Made by a program: the position numbers and the translations under genes. The notes beneath the pieces were generated by a model, which had not been told where the DNA came from, made no database searches, and was given only the letters and a program-made list of their open reading frames with translations. A stretch of DNA of 63,332 nucleotides, filler included, from Reclinomonas americana ATCC 50394 (taxonomy: Eukaryota), in NCBI GenBank assembly GCA_048213135.1. It is 35 parts of 35 records of this genome, joined end to end, with 100 filler letters (N's around TTAATTAATTAA, not from the genome) between each part and the next. Parts side by side here need not be neighbours in the genome. Positions count along the whole stretch, not along the records: positions 61,619 to 63,332 come from AFZH01025277.1; 34 more parts are not named here. One strand, given 5' to 3'. Position 1 is the stretch's first letter; each line of letters starts with the position of its first letter. Below are positions 63,118 through 63,332 of the stretch, in pieces.

Positions 63118-63332
63118 CTATGTAGCCTCTGCACCATCATTGTCTTTCGACCTCCCACCACCCGTGCGTCGGCACCGGCGCTTTCGGGGCGGCTCACCCT
63201 CATCGCTCTCGACCTCTGCCTCCGACGAGCTCGGATCCTGCGACTCGGGCAGCTCCATCGTAAATGCGCGGAGATTCCTCGCCGCTTGCATCGAGTCTGG
63301 ATGCTTGTCACCGAGCACCTCTCTCCTCAACG
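63118..63332 (-). CDS. C-terminus of a kinesin-light-chain-type TPR protein
   Basis: RREVLGDKHPDSMQAARNL is a typical TPR_10/12 repeat end, followed by an acidic/basic tail and a stop. Confidence 0.7.
   Translation of the reverse strand, partial: LRREVLGDKHPDSMQAARNLRAFTMELPESQDPSSSEAEVESDEGEPPRKRRCRRTGGGRSKDNDGAEAT

Overview
This window is not a continuous locus. It is an artificial concatenation of 35 unordered short contigs, roughly size-sorted from ~1750 down to ~1714 bp, joined by 34 linkers of ~100 bp (N-run + TTAATTAATTAA + N-run). Nearly all contigs come from a GC-rich, intron-rich (GT-AG), microsatellite-laden microbial eukaryote that is probably flagellated. Recognisable partial genes: SCOT/OXCT1, DNAAF3, a USP36-like C-terminus with an RGG tail, CHD1 SANT-SLIDE, a NACHT NTPase, VPS36, a GT77-like glycosyltransferase, an Aha1_N domain, CNOT3, MFI/C11orf65, a STE11-like kinase, TMEM145/GPR180, ankyrin, PITH, EF-hand and TPR proteins. 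Two contig pairs are diverged duplicates, probably alleles. One short contig (31353-32357) is alphaproteobacterial. The most unusual items are a spliced gene built of virus/phage-fibre-like beta-solenoid repeats (57989-59704), a spliced NLR-like NACHT gene missed by the ORF track, very compact head-to-head and tail-to-tail gene pairs, a telomere-like CCCTTGA repeat and a 148-bp tandem array. No multi-gene system can be inferred across linkers. All family calls are motif recognition from memory, not database searches, and most exon coordinates are approximate.
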